This document shows, piece by piece, positions 29,590 to 39,112 of a DNA stretch of 64,000 nt. Under the pieces are notes generated by a model. The model did not search any database. It was not told the origin of the DNA and saw only the letters and a list, made by a program, of their open reading frames with translations. Source of the stretch: an uncultured Bacillales bacterium (GTDB lineage: Bacteria; Bacillota_I; Bacilli_A; RFN20; CAG-826); NCBI GenBank assembly GCA_937873795.1, contig CALMWE010000268.1, forward strand, positions 32 through 64,031. The letters are read 5' to 3'. Each line of letters starts with the position of its first letter. Position 1 is the first letter of the stretch. A program made the position numbers and the translations under genes.

Positions 29590-31320
29590 CTATTTGAGAA
29601 AACGTTTTTTGTCATCGGGTAAATCAAGACCCAAGGTGCCTCCCGGATTCATGATGTTGTCCGGATCGAAGTGTTGCTTCAAGGTTTTGATCGTGGAATA
29701 TTCAAGACGTCCCATTTGTCCTTCAAGCCATGGCCCGAACATTTTGCCGATGCCGTGGTGGTGGCTCATCGTCGCTCCCGATTTTTGGATTGCATCAAGA
29801 ATGCCACGGTGATAGGACAAATAATCATCCAACGTGTTCATCTTCGCAAAGAAAATAAAGTAGAGGTTGGCTCCTTGCGGATAGGCATGCGATAAGTGCG
29901 TGGTCACGATCGTATCGGGACGGCTGTGGCAATATTCGCGGACTTTATCGTGGACTTCCGCCATGTTTGACCACATGACGGTGCATTCCAAGGTATCGGT
30001 GATGATGCCGAAATCTTGCATCGTATCACGTAAATACGGGTCGGTGAAACGGCCTTTTTCCCAGGATTTGGTGACGATTCCGGTGAGACTCATACCGCCA
30101 TATTTCTTGGCAATCCGATGGATATTTTTTGCGACATTTTTGCTGAATCCTTTTTCGCCTTCGCTCCAACCAAGGAACAGGCTGCGTTTCATGGGTTCAT
30201 AACCTTTGATTGCGAAGAGCTTGGCTAACGGGCTTTCATCGACACCGTAAAGACGCATCATGACATTGGTTTCTTCGGCATCGGAAAGACGGAACACGCT
30301 GGCGAATCCCGCTTCGCATTGCATCATTTCGCGAGTCGCATCCATGCCGTCCTGCCATGTTTTGAACATATAGGAGAACATCTTGCGATTTTCTTTGGTA
30401 AGACGGAACACGCGCAAGGTCACATCGGTCAACACCCCGAAGGCGCCTTCCGAACCCATCATGATGTGGTTCAAGGACGGTCCGGTGGCTTCGCGCGGAT
30501 AACGGGAAGTCACGATATTGCCAATCGGAGTGGCGTATTTTTGTTCGGTTACGATGTCTTCAATTTTGCCGTAATAGGTGCTGTTTTGTCCGGCGCCGCG
30601 GGTGACGACCCAACCGCCGACGGAACTGTATTCAAAACTTTGCGGGAAATGGCCACAGGTATAGGCCCGTTTGGCACCAAAAAGTTTTTGTGCATCATTC
30701 AGCGTTTGTTCCAACTTCGGGCCGCTCATGCCTGCTTGCACGGTAATGGTTTGGTCGATTTCGTTGAACGCGATGACTTTGTTGAAACGAAGACGCATAT
30801 CTAAGGAAACGCCGCCTTTGACACATTCCACGCCACGAGTGACGGAACTTCCTCCGCCATAGACATAAACGGGGATCTTATGGATCGAGCAATAAGCCAC
30901 AATGGCTTCAATCTGTTCGCGGGTATCCGGATAAATGACGGCTTCGGGAAGATTCTCGATGACGTTTTGACGGATCCGTAACACGTCGTACATGGTTTTG
31001 CCATAAGCGACGCTCAGGCGGGCATAATCATCGGTACGGACAAAATCATCGCCGACGATTTTTCGGAACGCCGCTAAGTGTTCTTCACTCATTTTCGAGG
31101 GATTGGCAAGGCGGACTTCCTCCATGCCGGTGCTTCCGTCATATTTCTTAAAATCTTCATCGGTCATATGGAAAGCTTCTTTGAGCATTCCATAGAGGTT
31201 TTCTTTGGGCCAAGAAAAATAAGCGGGATCGCCCCAACGGAAAATGGAACGATACGAATTCTTGGGGGCTTCTTTGGTAATCCAGGCGGGCTCGAATCCT
31301 TTGTAATGGGTTTGTGACAT
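29590..31320 (-). CDS. FAD-linked oxidase resembling alkyldihydroxyacetonephosphate synthase (ADPS-like)
   Basis: 576 aa. About 100-aa N-terminal extension (FRWGDPAYF), a PCMH-type FAD domain (VYVYGGGSSV), and a C-terminal SHHHGIGK (HHH codons at 29755-29763) followed by FDPDNIMNPG. Confidence 0.6.
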   Translation of the reverse strand: MSQTHYKGFEPAWITKEAPKNSYRSIFRWGDPAYFSWPKENLYGMLKEAFHMTDEDFKKYDGSTGMEEVRLANPSKMSEEHLAAFRKIVGDDFVRTDDYARLSVAYGKTMYDVLRIRQNVIENLPEAVIYPDTREQIEAIVAYCSIHKIPVYVYGGGSSVTRGVECVKGGVSLDMRLRFNKVIAFNEIDQTITVQAGMSGPKLEQTLNDAQKLFGAKRAYTCGHFPQSFEYSSVGGWVVTRGAGQNSTYYGKIEDIVTEQKYATPIGNIVTSRYPREATGPSLNHIMMGSEGAFGVLTDVTLRVFRLTKENRKMFSYMFKTWQDGMDATREMMQCEAGFASVFRLSDAEETNVMMRLYGVDESPLAKLFAIKGYEPMKRSLFLGWSEGEKGFSKNVAKNIHRIAKKYGGMSLTGIVTKSWEKGRFTDPYLRDTMQDFGIITDTLECTVMWSNMAEVHDKVREYCHSRPDTIVTTHLSHAYPQGANLYFIFFAKMNTLDDYLSYHRGILDAIQKSGATMSHHHGIGKMFGPWLEGQMGRLEYSTIKTLKQHFDPDNIMNPGGTLGLDLPDDKKRFLK

Positions 31321-31325
31321 AATGA

Positions 31326-31676
31326 TTACTCCTTTTTTAAGTTTGCGGTGGTGATGATGTCGACGTGGGTATCGAGAATGTTAGTGATGACGACGGAACC
31401 TGAGGGCAAGTAGTCGTTCACGACGACCCGATTGATGATTTTCATCATTTCGAAGATCAGCGGCTTGGGCACTTCGCCGGACGTTTTGACCGGTACCACC
31501 GGGATTCCCGGAAGTGATGTTCGGACGGTGGTGGTCAAGGTCCGCATCGGATGCGTCAATTCGTTTTGGGCGAAGGTGACCCCGCGGGCACATTTATTGC
31601 CGGTCACCGCGTGGGTGACTTCGTCAATCGTGAGGTGGCAGGAGTTTGGACAAACAATGCAAATGAATTCTTTCAT
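31326..31676 (-). CDS. DUF1667-family small Cys-rich protein
   Basis: 116 aa. The pattern CIVCPNSCHL...GNKCARG is typical of the DUF1667 partner of FAD-dependent oxidoreductase pairs. Confidence 0.75.
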   Translation of the reverse strand: MKEFICIVCPNSCHLTIDEVTHAVTGNKCARGVTFAQNELTHPMRTLTTTVRTSLPGIPVVPVKTSGEVPKPLIFEMMKIINRVVVNDYLPSGSVVITNILDTHVDIITTANLKKE

Positions 31677-31677
31677 G

Positions 31678-32919
31678 TTATTTTTCCATCCTGAATTCTA
31701 CGGAGTGGATGGCTCCGCTGGTTTTCAAATCCAACGCCCAACGTTCCATCTCGGGCGGTTTCAAATGGGTAAAGACACGTTGCGCGAACATTTTGCCGTT
31801 TACAAACAGCTTCACCTTCATCGTATCGTATTCGGCACTGCTGCGGAAATAGAAGACGACCGGTGATAAAGGTCCTTGGACATCGATGTGTGAAGGAACC
31901 ACATAGCCAAAATGGTTGTCAAAACCGACTTTAACTAATTCTCGAATCGTATTCTTATTTAACGATGCGGAAAGGCCCGCCAAATCGCCTGTTTCCGAAA
32001 CAAAATCGGCCAAATCGCTGACGTGAAGCGCGTTCCCGCAGGAATAGATATTCGGTTGCAAGGTCATCAAGGTTTGATCGCAGAAAGGTCCTTTGGTTTT
32101 GGGATTGAGTTTTATTTGGACCATTTCTCCGATTTCGTTTTCGGGAATCAAACCCACGGAGAGAATCAAAGCATCGCAAGGAATAACTCGTTGCGTCCCT
32201 TCGATCGGATTCATTTTTGCGTCGACCGAAGCCACTTCTACAGCCTCTAAGCGATCGGTTCCAAACACCCGTGTGACGGTGGTGGAAAGATGGAGCGGAA
32301 TGTTGAAATCATTGAGGCATTGAACGATGTTCCGAGTTAATCCCGAAGGGCTCGGTTTGATTTCGTAAACACCTTCGACGGTGCCGCCTTCCAAGGTAAT
32401 GCGACGGGCCATGATCAATCCGATATCGCCGCTTCCGAGGATGACGCATTTTTTGGTGGGCATTTTTCCAAGGATATTGATGTAATATTGTGCGGTTCCG
32501 GCGGTGAAAACACCTGCCGGATTGGTGCCTTGAATGAAGACCTGACGGGAGGTCCGCTCACGGCAACCGGTCGCTAAAATGATTTTCTTGGTTGTAATAT
32601 GTTTCATACCCTTGCGAGTAATGAGGTCTAAATGATAGAGATCGTCTTTGCGTTGAATCGCGGAAACAAACGTCAAAAGTGAAACATGGACAGTAGTCTG
32701 TTCAAGTTTTGCAATTTCTTTTTCGGCGTATTCGGGCCCACTAAGTTTGGTTTGAAAACGGGTGACGCCAAAACCATCATGAATGCATTGTTTGAGAATG
32801 CCACCCAGTTTGCCTTCGCGTTCGATGAGCAGCGTCTTGGCACCATGATTGGAAGCAGAGGTGGCAGCGGCGATTCCGGCGGGACCGCCGCCGATGACTG
32901 TGACTTCATACATTTCCAT
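31678..32919 (-). CDS. NAD(P)/FAD-dependent (pyridine nucleotide-disulfide type) oxidoreductase
   Basis: The likely start [19 protein letters not shown] at 32919 follows AAAAGGTGAAG and overlaps the upstream stop. There is a second dinucleotide fold, ILGSGDIGL. Confidence 0.8.
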   Translation of the reverse strand: MEMYEVTVIGGGPAGIAAATSASNHGAKTLLIEREGKLGGILKQCIHDGFGVTRFQTKLSGPEYAEKEIAKLEQTTVHVSLLTFVSAIQRKDDLYHLDLITRKGMKHITTKKIILATGCRERTSRQVFIQGTNPAGVFTAGTAQYYINILGKMPTKKCVILGSGDIGLIMARRITLEGGTVEGVYEIKPSPSGLTRNIVQCLNDFNIPLHLSTTVTRVFGTDRLEAVEVASVDAKMNPIEGTQRVIPCDALILSVGLIPENEIGEMVQIKLNPKTKGPFCDQTLMTLQPNIYSCGNALHVSDLADFVSETGDLAGLSASLNKNTIRELVKVGFDNHFGYVVPSHIDVQGPLSPVVFYFRSSAEYDTMKVKLFVNGKMFAQRVFTHLKPPEMERWALDLKTSGAIHSVEFRMEK

Positions 32920-34630
32920 GAGCTTCACCTTTTGAATTTCCGAGAAGAATCTTCCCTGTTCCTTTTTTGGCAATCGACTCGAGATCCAGTTTCATCTCCG
33001 AAGCCATGATTTGCAGAACCAACGGTTGGCAGAATCCGCCTTGGCAACGTCCCATTCCGGGGCGCACACGGCGCTTAATGCCATCGACCGTCAATACGGG
33101 CAATGGGCGATGAAGGGCGTCGATGATTTCCCCGCGGCTGATTTCTTCGCAGCGGCAAATGATATGACCATAATCGGGATTGGCCTTAATTCGGGCGTCT
33201 CTTTCTTCAAAAGACATGTCACACAGAGGTTTTGCAACTTCCCTGACCGATCTGAAATCGGTCTTTCTTACCAACGGTTTTTCGAGCAAGGTACTCACCA
33301 TGTGAACGACGTCTTCGGCAATCGCCGGAGCGGCGGTCAAACCGGGTGATTGAATGCCTGCGGCATGGACGATATTACGGGTCCATTTTCCGGGTTGAAT
33401 GACAAAATCTTCTTCATAAGTAGCGGCGCGGATGCCACTGAAATAGGTAATCACATCGCCATAGGTTACTCCCGGGAGCGTGCGACGGTGTTTTTCCAAA
33501 ACCGAATCAAAACTGTCTCGATCCGTTTCAAAATTTTCGCGATAAATCGTTTCACGGGCGGTGGGGCCTGCTAAAAGATTGCCATCGGTGGTGGGAACTA
33601 GACCGCCGCCTTTGGTGTGGGCTTTGCCGCGGCTTTTTTTACTTTCGTAAAGAGAAATGGTTGTATTGGTGAGTCTCTTTTGAATCTTTTTATCAAAGAT
33701 AACATCGAGTCCTTCGCGCGGATGGATGGTGAAAAATTGGTCTTCTGCCATGTCGGCAACTTTGTCGGAAAAAACACCCGCCGCGTTGATGACAATTTTG
33801 GGATAAATCGTGCCGCGATTGGTTTGTACTCTTTCGATGACATGGTCCTTGACGGTCATGCCCAAAACGGCCGTTTCCAAAAGGACTTTTGCTCCGTTTT
33901 CGATGGCGTTTTCGGCAAATGCAATCGTGACATGATAAGGAGATACGACGGCCCCTCTAGGAAAGTGAAGCGCAAACTTGGCGCTATCGGTAATTCCGGG
34001 AGCCACGGCTTTAACTTTTTTGGCACTCCAAATCTGCATATCGGGATTTCCCTTTCGGGCAAACATGATGCGTAATAACGGGCCCAAAAGGCGTTCGGCT
34101 TTATTTTCGAAAACGACGGTTTGGCCGGTTTTCACATAATCAAAACCTAGGTCTTTGGCCAGTGTTTCATAAACCGGAACAGCGCGTCTCAAATAATGGT
34201 ACTTTTTGGAATGTCGGCTTAAGTCGGCACCGACGTGAATGCAGCCATCATTATGGGAACTGGCATGCAATGCCACATCGTTTTCTTTTTCGAGCAAAAC
34301 CGCGTCGACGTGGTATTTGGATAGTTCACGTAAAATCGCACACCCGACGACGCCTCCGCCGATGACTAAAACTTCGGGTCTTAAACCCTCATACAACGAG
34401 TCCTTGATGGGACTGATTTTCATCGCTGGTTCTTGGTAGTCTTTTAAGGCTATTTTATTAATGACGCCACCAGAATGAACACGTGCTGCAAGATAGCCGA
34501 TTTCATTGATTTGATCGAGTGATTCGACGGTTCCTTCCAAAAGCAAACAATCATCTTTTTTGGAGACGCTAATTTGCGGATAATTATGTGCAATGATCGA
34601 ACGGAATTTTGATTCTTTTAAGTGTTTCAT
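32906..34630 (-). CDS. FAD-dependent glycerol-3-phosphate-dehydrogenase-like oxidoreductase (GlpA/DAO type) with C-terminal BFD-like [2Fe-2S] Cys motifs and an N-terminal BON-like extension
   Basis: [18 protein letters not shown] is the DAO fold. The C-terminus has [12 protein letters not shown]...[10 protein letters not shown]. The first ~95 aa precede the FAD fold. Confidence 0.7.
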   Translation of the reverse strand: MKHLKESKFRSIIAHNYPQISVSKKDDCLLLEGTVESLDQINEIGYLAARVHSGGVINKIALKDYQEPAMKISPIKDSLYEGLRPEVLVIGGGVVGCAILRELSKYHVDAVLLEKENDVALHASSHNDGCIHVGADLSRHSKKYHYLRRAVPVYETLAKDLGFDYVKTGQTVVFENKAERLLGPLLRIMFARKGNPDMQIWSAKKVKAVAPGITDSAKFALHFPRGAVVSPYHVTIAFAENAIENGAKVLLETAVLGMTVKDHVIERVQTNRGTIYPKIVINAAGVFSDKVADMAEDQFFTIHPREGLDVIFDKKIQKRLTNTTISLYESKKSRGKAHTKGGGLVPTTDGNLLAGPTARETIYRENFETDRDSFDSVLEKHRRTLPGVTYGDVITYFSGIRAATYEEDFVIQPGKWTRNIVHAAGIQSPGLTAAPAIAEDVVHMVSTLLEKPLVRKTDFRSVREVAKPLCDMSFEERDARIKANPDYGHIICRCEEISRGEIIDALHRPLPVLTVDGIKRRVRPGMGRCQGGFCQPLVLQIMASEMKLDLESIAKKGTGKILLGNSKGEAHGNV

Positions 34631-34633
34631 GAG

Positions 34634-35194
34634 CTACCCAAGTTTCTTGATTTTGGTGATGAGCCGATCGAGGGGCCAATCGCTGGCTTGTATGCCTTCT
34701 TGAACCAGCAAACCATCAATAATGAGCATCAGAATATAAGCGGTGGCATCCGGGTCTTTATCGTTGGGGAAAACGCTTCGGACGCCTTTAGTCAATGTCT
34801 CTTTCCATTCATCCCACTTTTCGATGTACCGAGCGCGGATCAATTGGTTACCGCTCAAGCATTCGTTGATTAAAAATAAATGCATTTTGGCACGGTCGAA
34901 CAACATGACACCTTTGCTTAAAATGACTTCCAAAAAGCGGTCGGGTGAAATGCCTTCTTGGTGACGGGCAAACCATTCTTCGAATTCTTTCTTCATTTCG
35001 TCGACATGCTTTTCGATGACGTCGAAAATGATGTCGTCCTTGGCCGAGTAGTGGTAATAAATCGTGCCTTGGCTGAGTCCCGAGGCACTGGCGATGTCGG
35101 CAATCGAAATGTTCTTCACACCTTTGACGGCAAGCAACTTTTCAACAGCGGAAAGGATTTTCTCTTTGCTTCGGCTTCCAATGGGTCTGGCCAT
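34634..35194 (-). CDS. TetR/AcrR family transcriptional regulator
   Basis: The N-terminal HTH is ILSAVEKLLAVKGVKNISIADIASASGLSQGTIYYHY. Its stop is 3 nt from the next gene's start. Confidence 0.9.
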   Translation of the reverse strand: MARPIGSRSKEKILSAVEKLLAVKGVKNISIADIASASGLSQGTIYYHYSAKDDIIFDVIEKHVDEMKKEFEEWFARHQEGISPDRFLEVILSKGVMLFDRAKMHLFLINECLSGNQLIRARYIEKWDEWKETLTKGVRSVFPNDKDPDATAYILMLIIDGLLVQEGIQASDWPLDRLITKIKKLG

Positions 35195-35205
35195 AATTGT
35201 TAATT

Positions 35206-35225
35206 ATTCGGGCAAACACCCGAAT
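35206..35225. promoter_or_regulatory. 7-bp inverted repeat upstream of tetR (candidate operator)
   Basis: ATTCGGG-CAAACA-CCCGAAT lies 12-31 nt upstream of the tetR ATG. No U-run follows on the minus strand, so a terminator is less likely. Confidence 0.25.
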
Positions 35226-35319
35226 TACTCCCAGCCCTATTTTACCACAAAAAAAGAGGAATGAAACCCCTTTCTTATGTAATTATGGATTTTTCGGGCA
35301 AGATTATGGAAATTTTATA

Positions 35320-36261
35320 CTAAATCAAATTGAAATTATGGAAAAAAGTGATGAATAAAAAGATGGTGACTGAACTCAATAGAGTCGTGGATATGACCAA
35401 GAGCCTGGCCAGTTTTGTATCGGCTTTGAGCTGGATAGCCATCTGGTAAGAGGAAACCGCAGTGGGGGCGCAGACGACACATAATAGACCCCCAAGATCC
35501 ATCCCTCGGAAACCCAGCAAAGCGGCGAGGCCCAAGATGACCGCAGGAACCGCAATCAAACGGAATGCGGTGGATACAACCACACCGGAGATGTTGCCTT
35601 CGAACTCGCTTTTGTTGAGGCGGATGTCCGCCCCCAAAGCAATCAGGGCCAAAGGCGTGGCAAACTTAGCAATGGTCGTAATCGTATCGTCGATGAGGGT
35701 GGGAAAGCGGAGGCCGGTGAAGACAAAAATGAGACCGATGATGGTGGCGACGATGAACGGATTGGTGATAAGCCCCAACCCGATTTTCTTGAAATTGACC
35801 TTTCCATCGTCTTGATATAAGGTCAAAATAATGACGGTTATTACATTCGTAATAGGGATTGTCACGGCGGACAAAATCGCACCGACGCCGCTGGCGGCAA
35901 CGCCGTACATATTTTCGAGTAACGGGATGGCAAACAGGGTTTGGTTCATCCGCACGAAACCTTGGATGATGGAACCCTTCTTGGCTTTGTCCTTGAACGT
36001 GAAATGAATAATCAAAGTGAAAAGCAGTAAAACGATCGGTATCGCAATGAGGGCATACCACAAGAGATTAACGTTGAACGTTCCCAAGTCGGAACGATAC
36101 AAGTTATAGAAGACCACCAAGGGAATGGTGACCTTATAGGAAAAGGTATTGAGGCCTTTGATAAAGGGTTGATCCACGAGTTTCAAAATGCGAAACAAGT
36201 AGCCCAAAGCCATATAGATGACTAACGGCGCAATGATTCCTAAAGCAAACAGCCAATCCAT
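35320..36261 (-). CDS. AEC (auxin efflux carrier) family transporter
   Basis: The ATG at 36261 follows GGAGGG. Polytopic, about 313 aa, with the overall AEC/malate-permease-like pattern. Confidence 0.7.
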   Translation of the reverse strand: MDWLFALGIIAPLVIYMALGYLFRILKLVDQPFIKGLNTFSYKVTIPLVVFYNLYRSDLGTFNVNLLWYALIAIPIVLLLFTLIIHFTFKDKAKKGSIIQGFVRMNQTLFAIPLLENMYGVAASGVGAILSAVTIPITNVITVIILTLYQDDGKVNFKKIGLGLITNPFIVATIIGLIFVFTGLRFPTLIDDTITTIAKFATPLALIALGADIRLNKSEFEGNISGVVVSTAFRLIAVPAVILGLAALLGFRGMDLGGLLCVVCAPTAVSSYQMAIQLKADTKLARLLVISTTLLSSVTIFLFITFFHNFNLI

Positions 36262-36428
36262 ATGCGACCCTCCACGGAAAGCTTCCGCAAGTAATTTTGC
36301 CACAAGTGAGCCCATAAAGCAAAACAGATGAATCATCAAAAAACGGACATTTTCACGCGCTCGGGGTTAAGTTGCAAATGATTTTTGTCTATCGTAGTAT
36401 AAAAACGAATAGAAGAGGTATAATCACC

Positions 36429-36650
36429 ATGTCAACTCTCTCTCTGCAGAACCTCGATAAAATTTACGACAACGGTTTTCATGCGGTCCACAACTTTTGC
36501 TTGGACATCAAAGAAAACGAATTCATCGTCTTGGTCGGTCCTTCCGGATGCGGAAAATCAACCACCCTGCGGATGATCGCCCGCTTGGACGATCCATCCT
36601 TTTTTCTCCCGTCACATCCATTTGTTGGATTTAACGGTCTTAGCCGATAA
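36429..36650 (+). pseudogene. 5' stub of a sugar-type ABC transporter ATPase (MalK/UgpC/MsmK-like)
   Basis: Has a RBS and [51 protein letters not shown]. Family-like sequence stops after Walker A (about 36590) and the frame terminates at 36650. Confidence 0.75.
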
Positions 36651-37428
36651 ACATTCGCCCAATACCGATGGATGCGATCCGGAATCGTGTGACGATGTCC
36701 GTATTCTCGGAGTCCGTTTCTCGGTCGGTGATGATTGCATCGCGATCAAATCTGGAAAACTGGCCATGGCACAAAAATTCCATACGCCCTCAAGCCATAT
36801 TACGATTCGCAATTGGTTGATGAACGACGGTCATGGTGCGGTGGTCCTTGGAAGCGAAATGGGTGCCGGTATCAAAAACCTTAACGTATCGTACTGTATT
36901 TTCGAAAATACCGACCGTGGCGTCCGTGTCAAAACCCGTCGCGGCCGTGGAAAATTAGCGGTGGTAGATGGGGTTACGTTCCATCACATCGTCATGAAAA
37001 ACGTACTGACCCCGTTAGTCATCAACATGTTCTATAACTGTGATCCACTCGATGGAAAAACCTGGTATGTGTGGACCAAGGAAAAACTCCCCGTGGATGA
37101 ACGGACACCCTATTTAGGAAAGTTTGTTTTCTGCGATATGGTTTGTGAAGATGCTTCCGCCTGCGGTGGATTCTTCTATGGCCTACCGGAAGCGCCGATT
37201 GCCTCAATAACCCTGCAAAACGTCTCGATTTCCTTTAAGGAAAATCCGGAATTGAAAAAACCCGCGATGATGTCGTATCTGCAGCCTATGAAACAAAAAG
37301 GCTTGTATCTCAAAAATGTCGATGAAGTGATCTTGAAAAACGTTCAAATCAACAATTTCCGCGGTTCACCGATAACCCGTTCCAATATCGGAAAAATCAC
37401 GGGCCGTCTGGCCAAGGAGGTTCTATGA
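36577..37428 (+). pseudogene. 3' fragment of a GH28 (exo)polygalacturonase gene
   Basis: The frame is open from 36577. It retains the GH28 catalytic motifs NTDG, GDDC, GHG and RVKT but lacks the N-terminal part of the beta-helix and any RBS or ATG. Confidence 0.7.
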
Positions 37429-38072
37429 AGAAAGAAGAAATCATCAGCCGTATTACTCAAGGAGGAATCGTTCCGGTCGTCCGTGCCGAAACGCCTGAAA
37501 TCGCCGAGAAAATTGCCTTAGCATGTGTCGAAGGTGGCATTCAAACCATCGAAGTCACGTTCACCGTTCCTCATGCCGAAAAGGTCATTGCGGCACTCTG
37601 CGAAAAATTCAACGATGGATCATTACTTGTCGGTGCGGGAACCGTCTTGGATGTTGCGACTGCACGTTTGGCTCTTGAAAACGGTGCCAAGTTTATCGTC
37701 AGCCCCGGCTTTGATTTGGATGTTGCCCATTTATGCACACATCATCAAATCCCCTATTTAGCCGGTGCCTTAACTCCGACCGAAATTTACAACGCGATGA
37801 AAAACGGCGTTGAAATCGTCAAGATTTTCCCGGGAAGCGCCTTTGGTCCTTCCTATATCAAAGCCATCAAAGGCCCCTATCCGAACGGCCGTTTCATGCC
37901 GACCGGAGGCGTCAGCCTTGAAAACGTCGAAGAATGGATCCACAACGGCGCCGTTGCCGTTGGTATCGGTTCCGAATTGACCGCCCCGGCCAAAAAAGGC
38001 GACTTTGCCGGTGTGACTGCCTTAGCCAAACAATTTGTTGTAAAAGTCCAAGCCGCAAGAGGAGGAAAATAA
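37425..38072 (+). CDS. eda: 2-dehydro-3-deoxyphosphogluconate (KDPG)/4-hydroxy-2-oxoglutarate aldolase
   Basis: 215 aa. Has GGIVPVVRA, IEVTF, VKIFPG and PTGGV motifs. Confidence 0.9.
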   Translation: MKKEEIISRITQGGIVPVVRAETPEIAEKIALACVEGGIQTIEVTFTVPHAEKVIAALCEKFNDGSLLVGAGTVLDVATARLALENGAKFIVSPGFDLDVAHLCTHHQIPYLAGALTPTEIYNAMKNGVEIVKIFPGSAFGPSYIKAIKGPYPNGRFMPTGGVSLENVEEWIHNGAVAVGIGSELTAPAKKGDFAGVTALAKQFVVKVQAARGGK

Positions 38073-38073
38073 C

Positions 38074-39096
38074 ATGGCAAAAATCGTTACGATGGGTGAA
38101 ATCATGCTCCGCCTTGCACCGTCCGGATTTGAACGGTTCGTGCAAGCCGAGCGCTTCGATGCCGTTTATGGCGGTGGCGAAGCCAATGTTGCCGTCTCGT
38201 TAGCCAACTACGGTCATGAAGCCTATTTCGTGAGCAAGCTTCCGAAGCATGAAATCGGCCAAGCAGCCGTCAATTCGCTACGCCGCTTTGGAGTGAATAC
38301 CGCCTATATTGCCCGTGGGGGTGAACGCGTCGGCATTTACTTCCTTGAAAATGGCGTTGCGATGCGTCCCTCGAAAGTCATCTATGATCGTTCGGGAAGC
38401 GCCATTGCCGAAGCCAAAGTCAGTGATTTCGATTTCGATAAGATTTTCACCGGCGCCCAATGGTTCCACTTTACCGGAATCACACCGGCCATTTCGGATT
38501 CCGCCTGTGCCGTTTTGGAAGAAGCCCTCAAGGCTGCCAAACGTCATCAAGTCATGGTATCCTGCGACTTGAATTACCGCAAAAAACTCTGGACTCCCGA
38601 AAAAGCCCAGCAAATCATGCGTCATTTGATGCAATATGTCGATGTTTGCATCGGCAACGAAGAAGACGCCGAGAAATGTTTAGGCTACAAAGCCGGAAGC
38701 GATGTCACCAAAGGTGAGCTCGAACTTTCGGGTTATGAAAACATCTTCAAACAAATGAAAGAGGCCTTTGGTTTTAAATACATCGTGACCTCACTCCGTG
38801 AATCCCATAGCGCCAGCGACAACGGCTGGAGCGGTCTTGCTTATGATGGTCACGAATTCTACCATTCCAAGAATTATGAAATCCGGATCGTTGATCGTGT
38901 GGGTGGAGGAGACTCCTTTGCCGCCGGATTCATCCATGGTTTATTTGCTTATAAAGATGATTTCAAAAAGGCGCTTGAATTTGCCGTTGCGGCCAGCGCT
39001 TTGAAACATACGGTGCTTGGGGACTTCAACCAAGTGTCGGTCAGCGAAGTGGAAACGCTCATGGGCGGAGACGCCTCTGGACGCGTCCAACGCTAG
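38074..39096 (+). CDS. kdgK: 2-dehydro-3-deoxygluconokinase (PfkB family)
   Basis: 340 aa. VTMGEIMLRL, GGGEANVA and the C-terminal DRVGGGDSFAAG motif, in a kdu/eda context. Confidence 0.88.
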   Translation: MAKIVTMGEIMLRLAPSGFERFVQAERFDAVYGGGEANVAVSLANYGHEAYFVSKLPKHEIGQAAVNSLRRFGVNTAYIARGGERVGIYFLENGVAMRPSKVIYDRSGSAIAEAKVSDFDFDKIFTGAQWFHFTGITPAISDSACAVLEEALKAAKRHQVMVSCDLNYRKKLWTPEKAQQIMRHLMQYVDVCIGNEEDAEKCLGYKAGSDVTKGELELSGYENIFKQMKEAFGFKYIVTSLRESHSASDNGWSGLAYDGHEFYHSKNYEIRIVDRVGGGDSFAAGFIHGLFAYKDDFKKALEFAVAASALKHTVLGDFNQVSVSEVETLMGGDASGRVQR

Positions 39097-39112
39097 ATAG
39101 GAGGAGCTCTTT

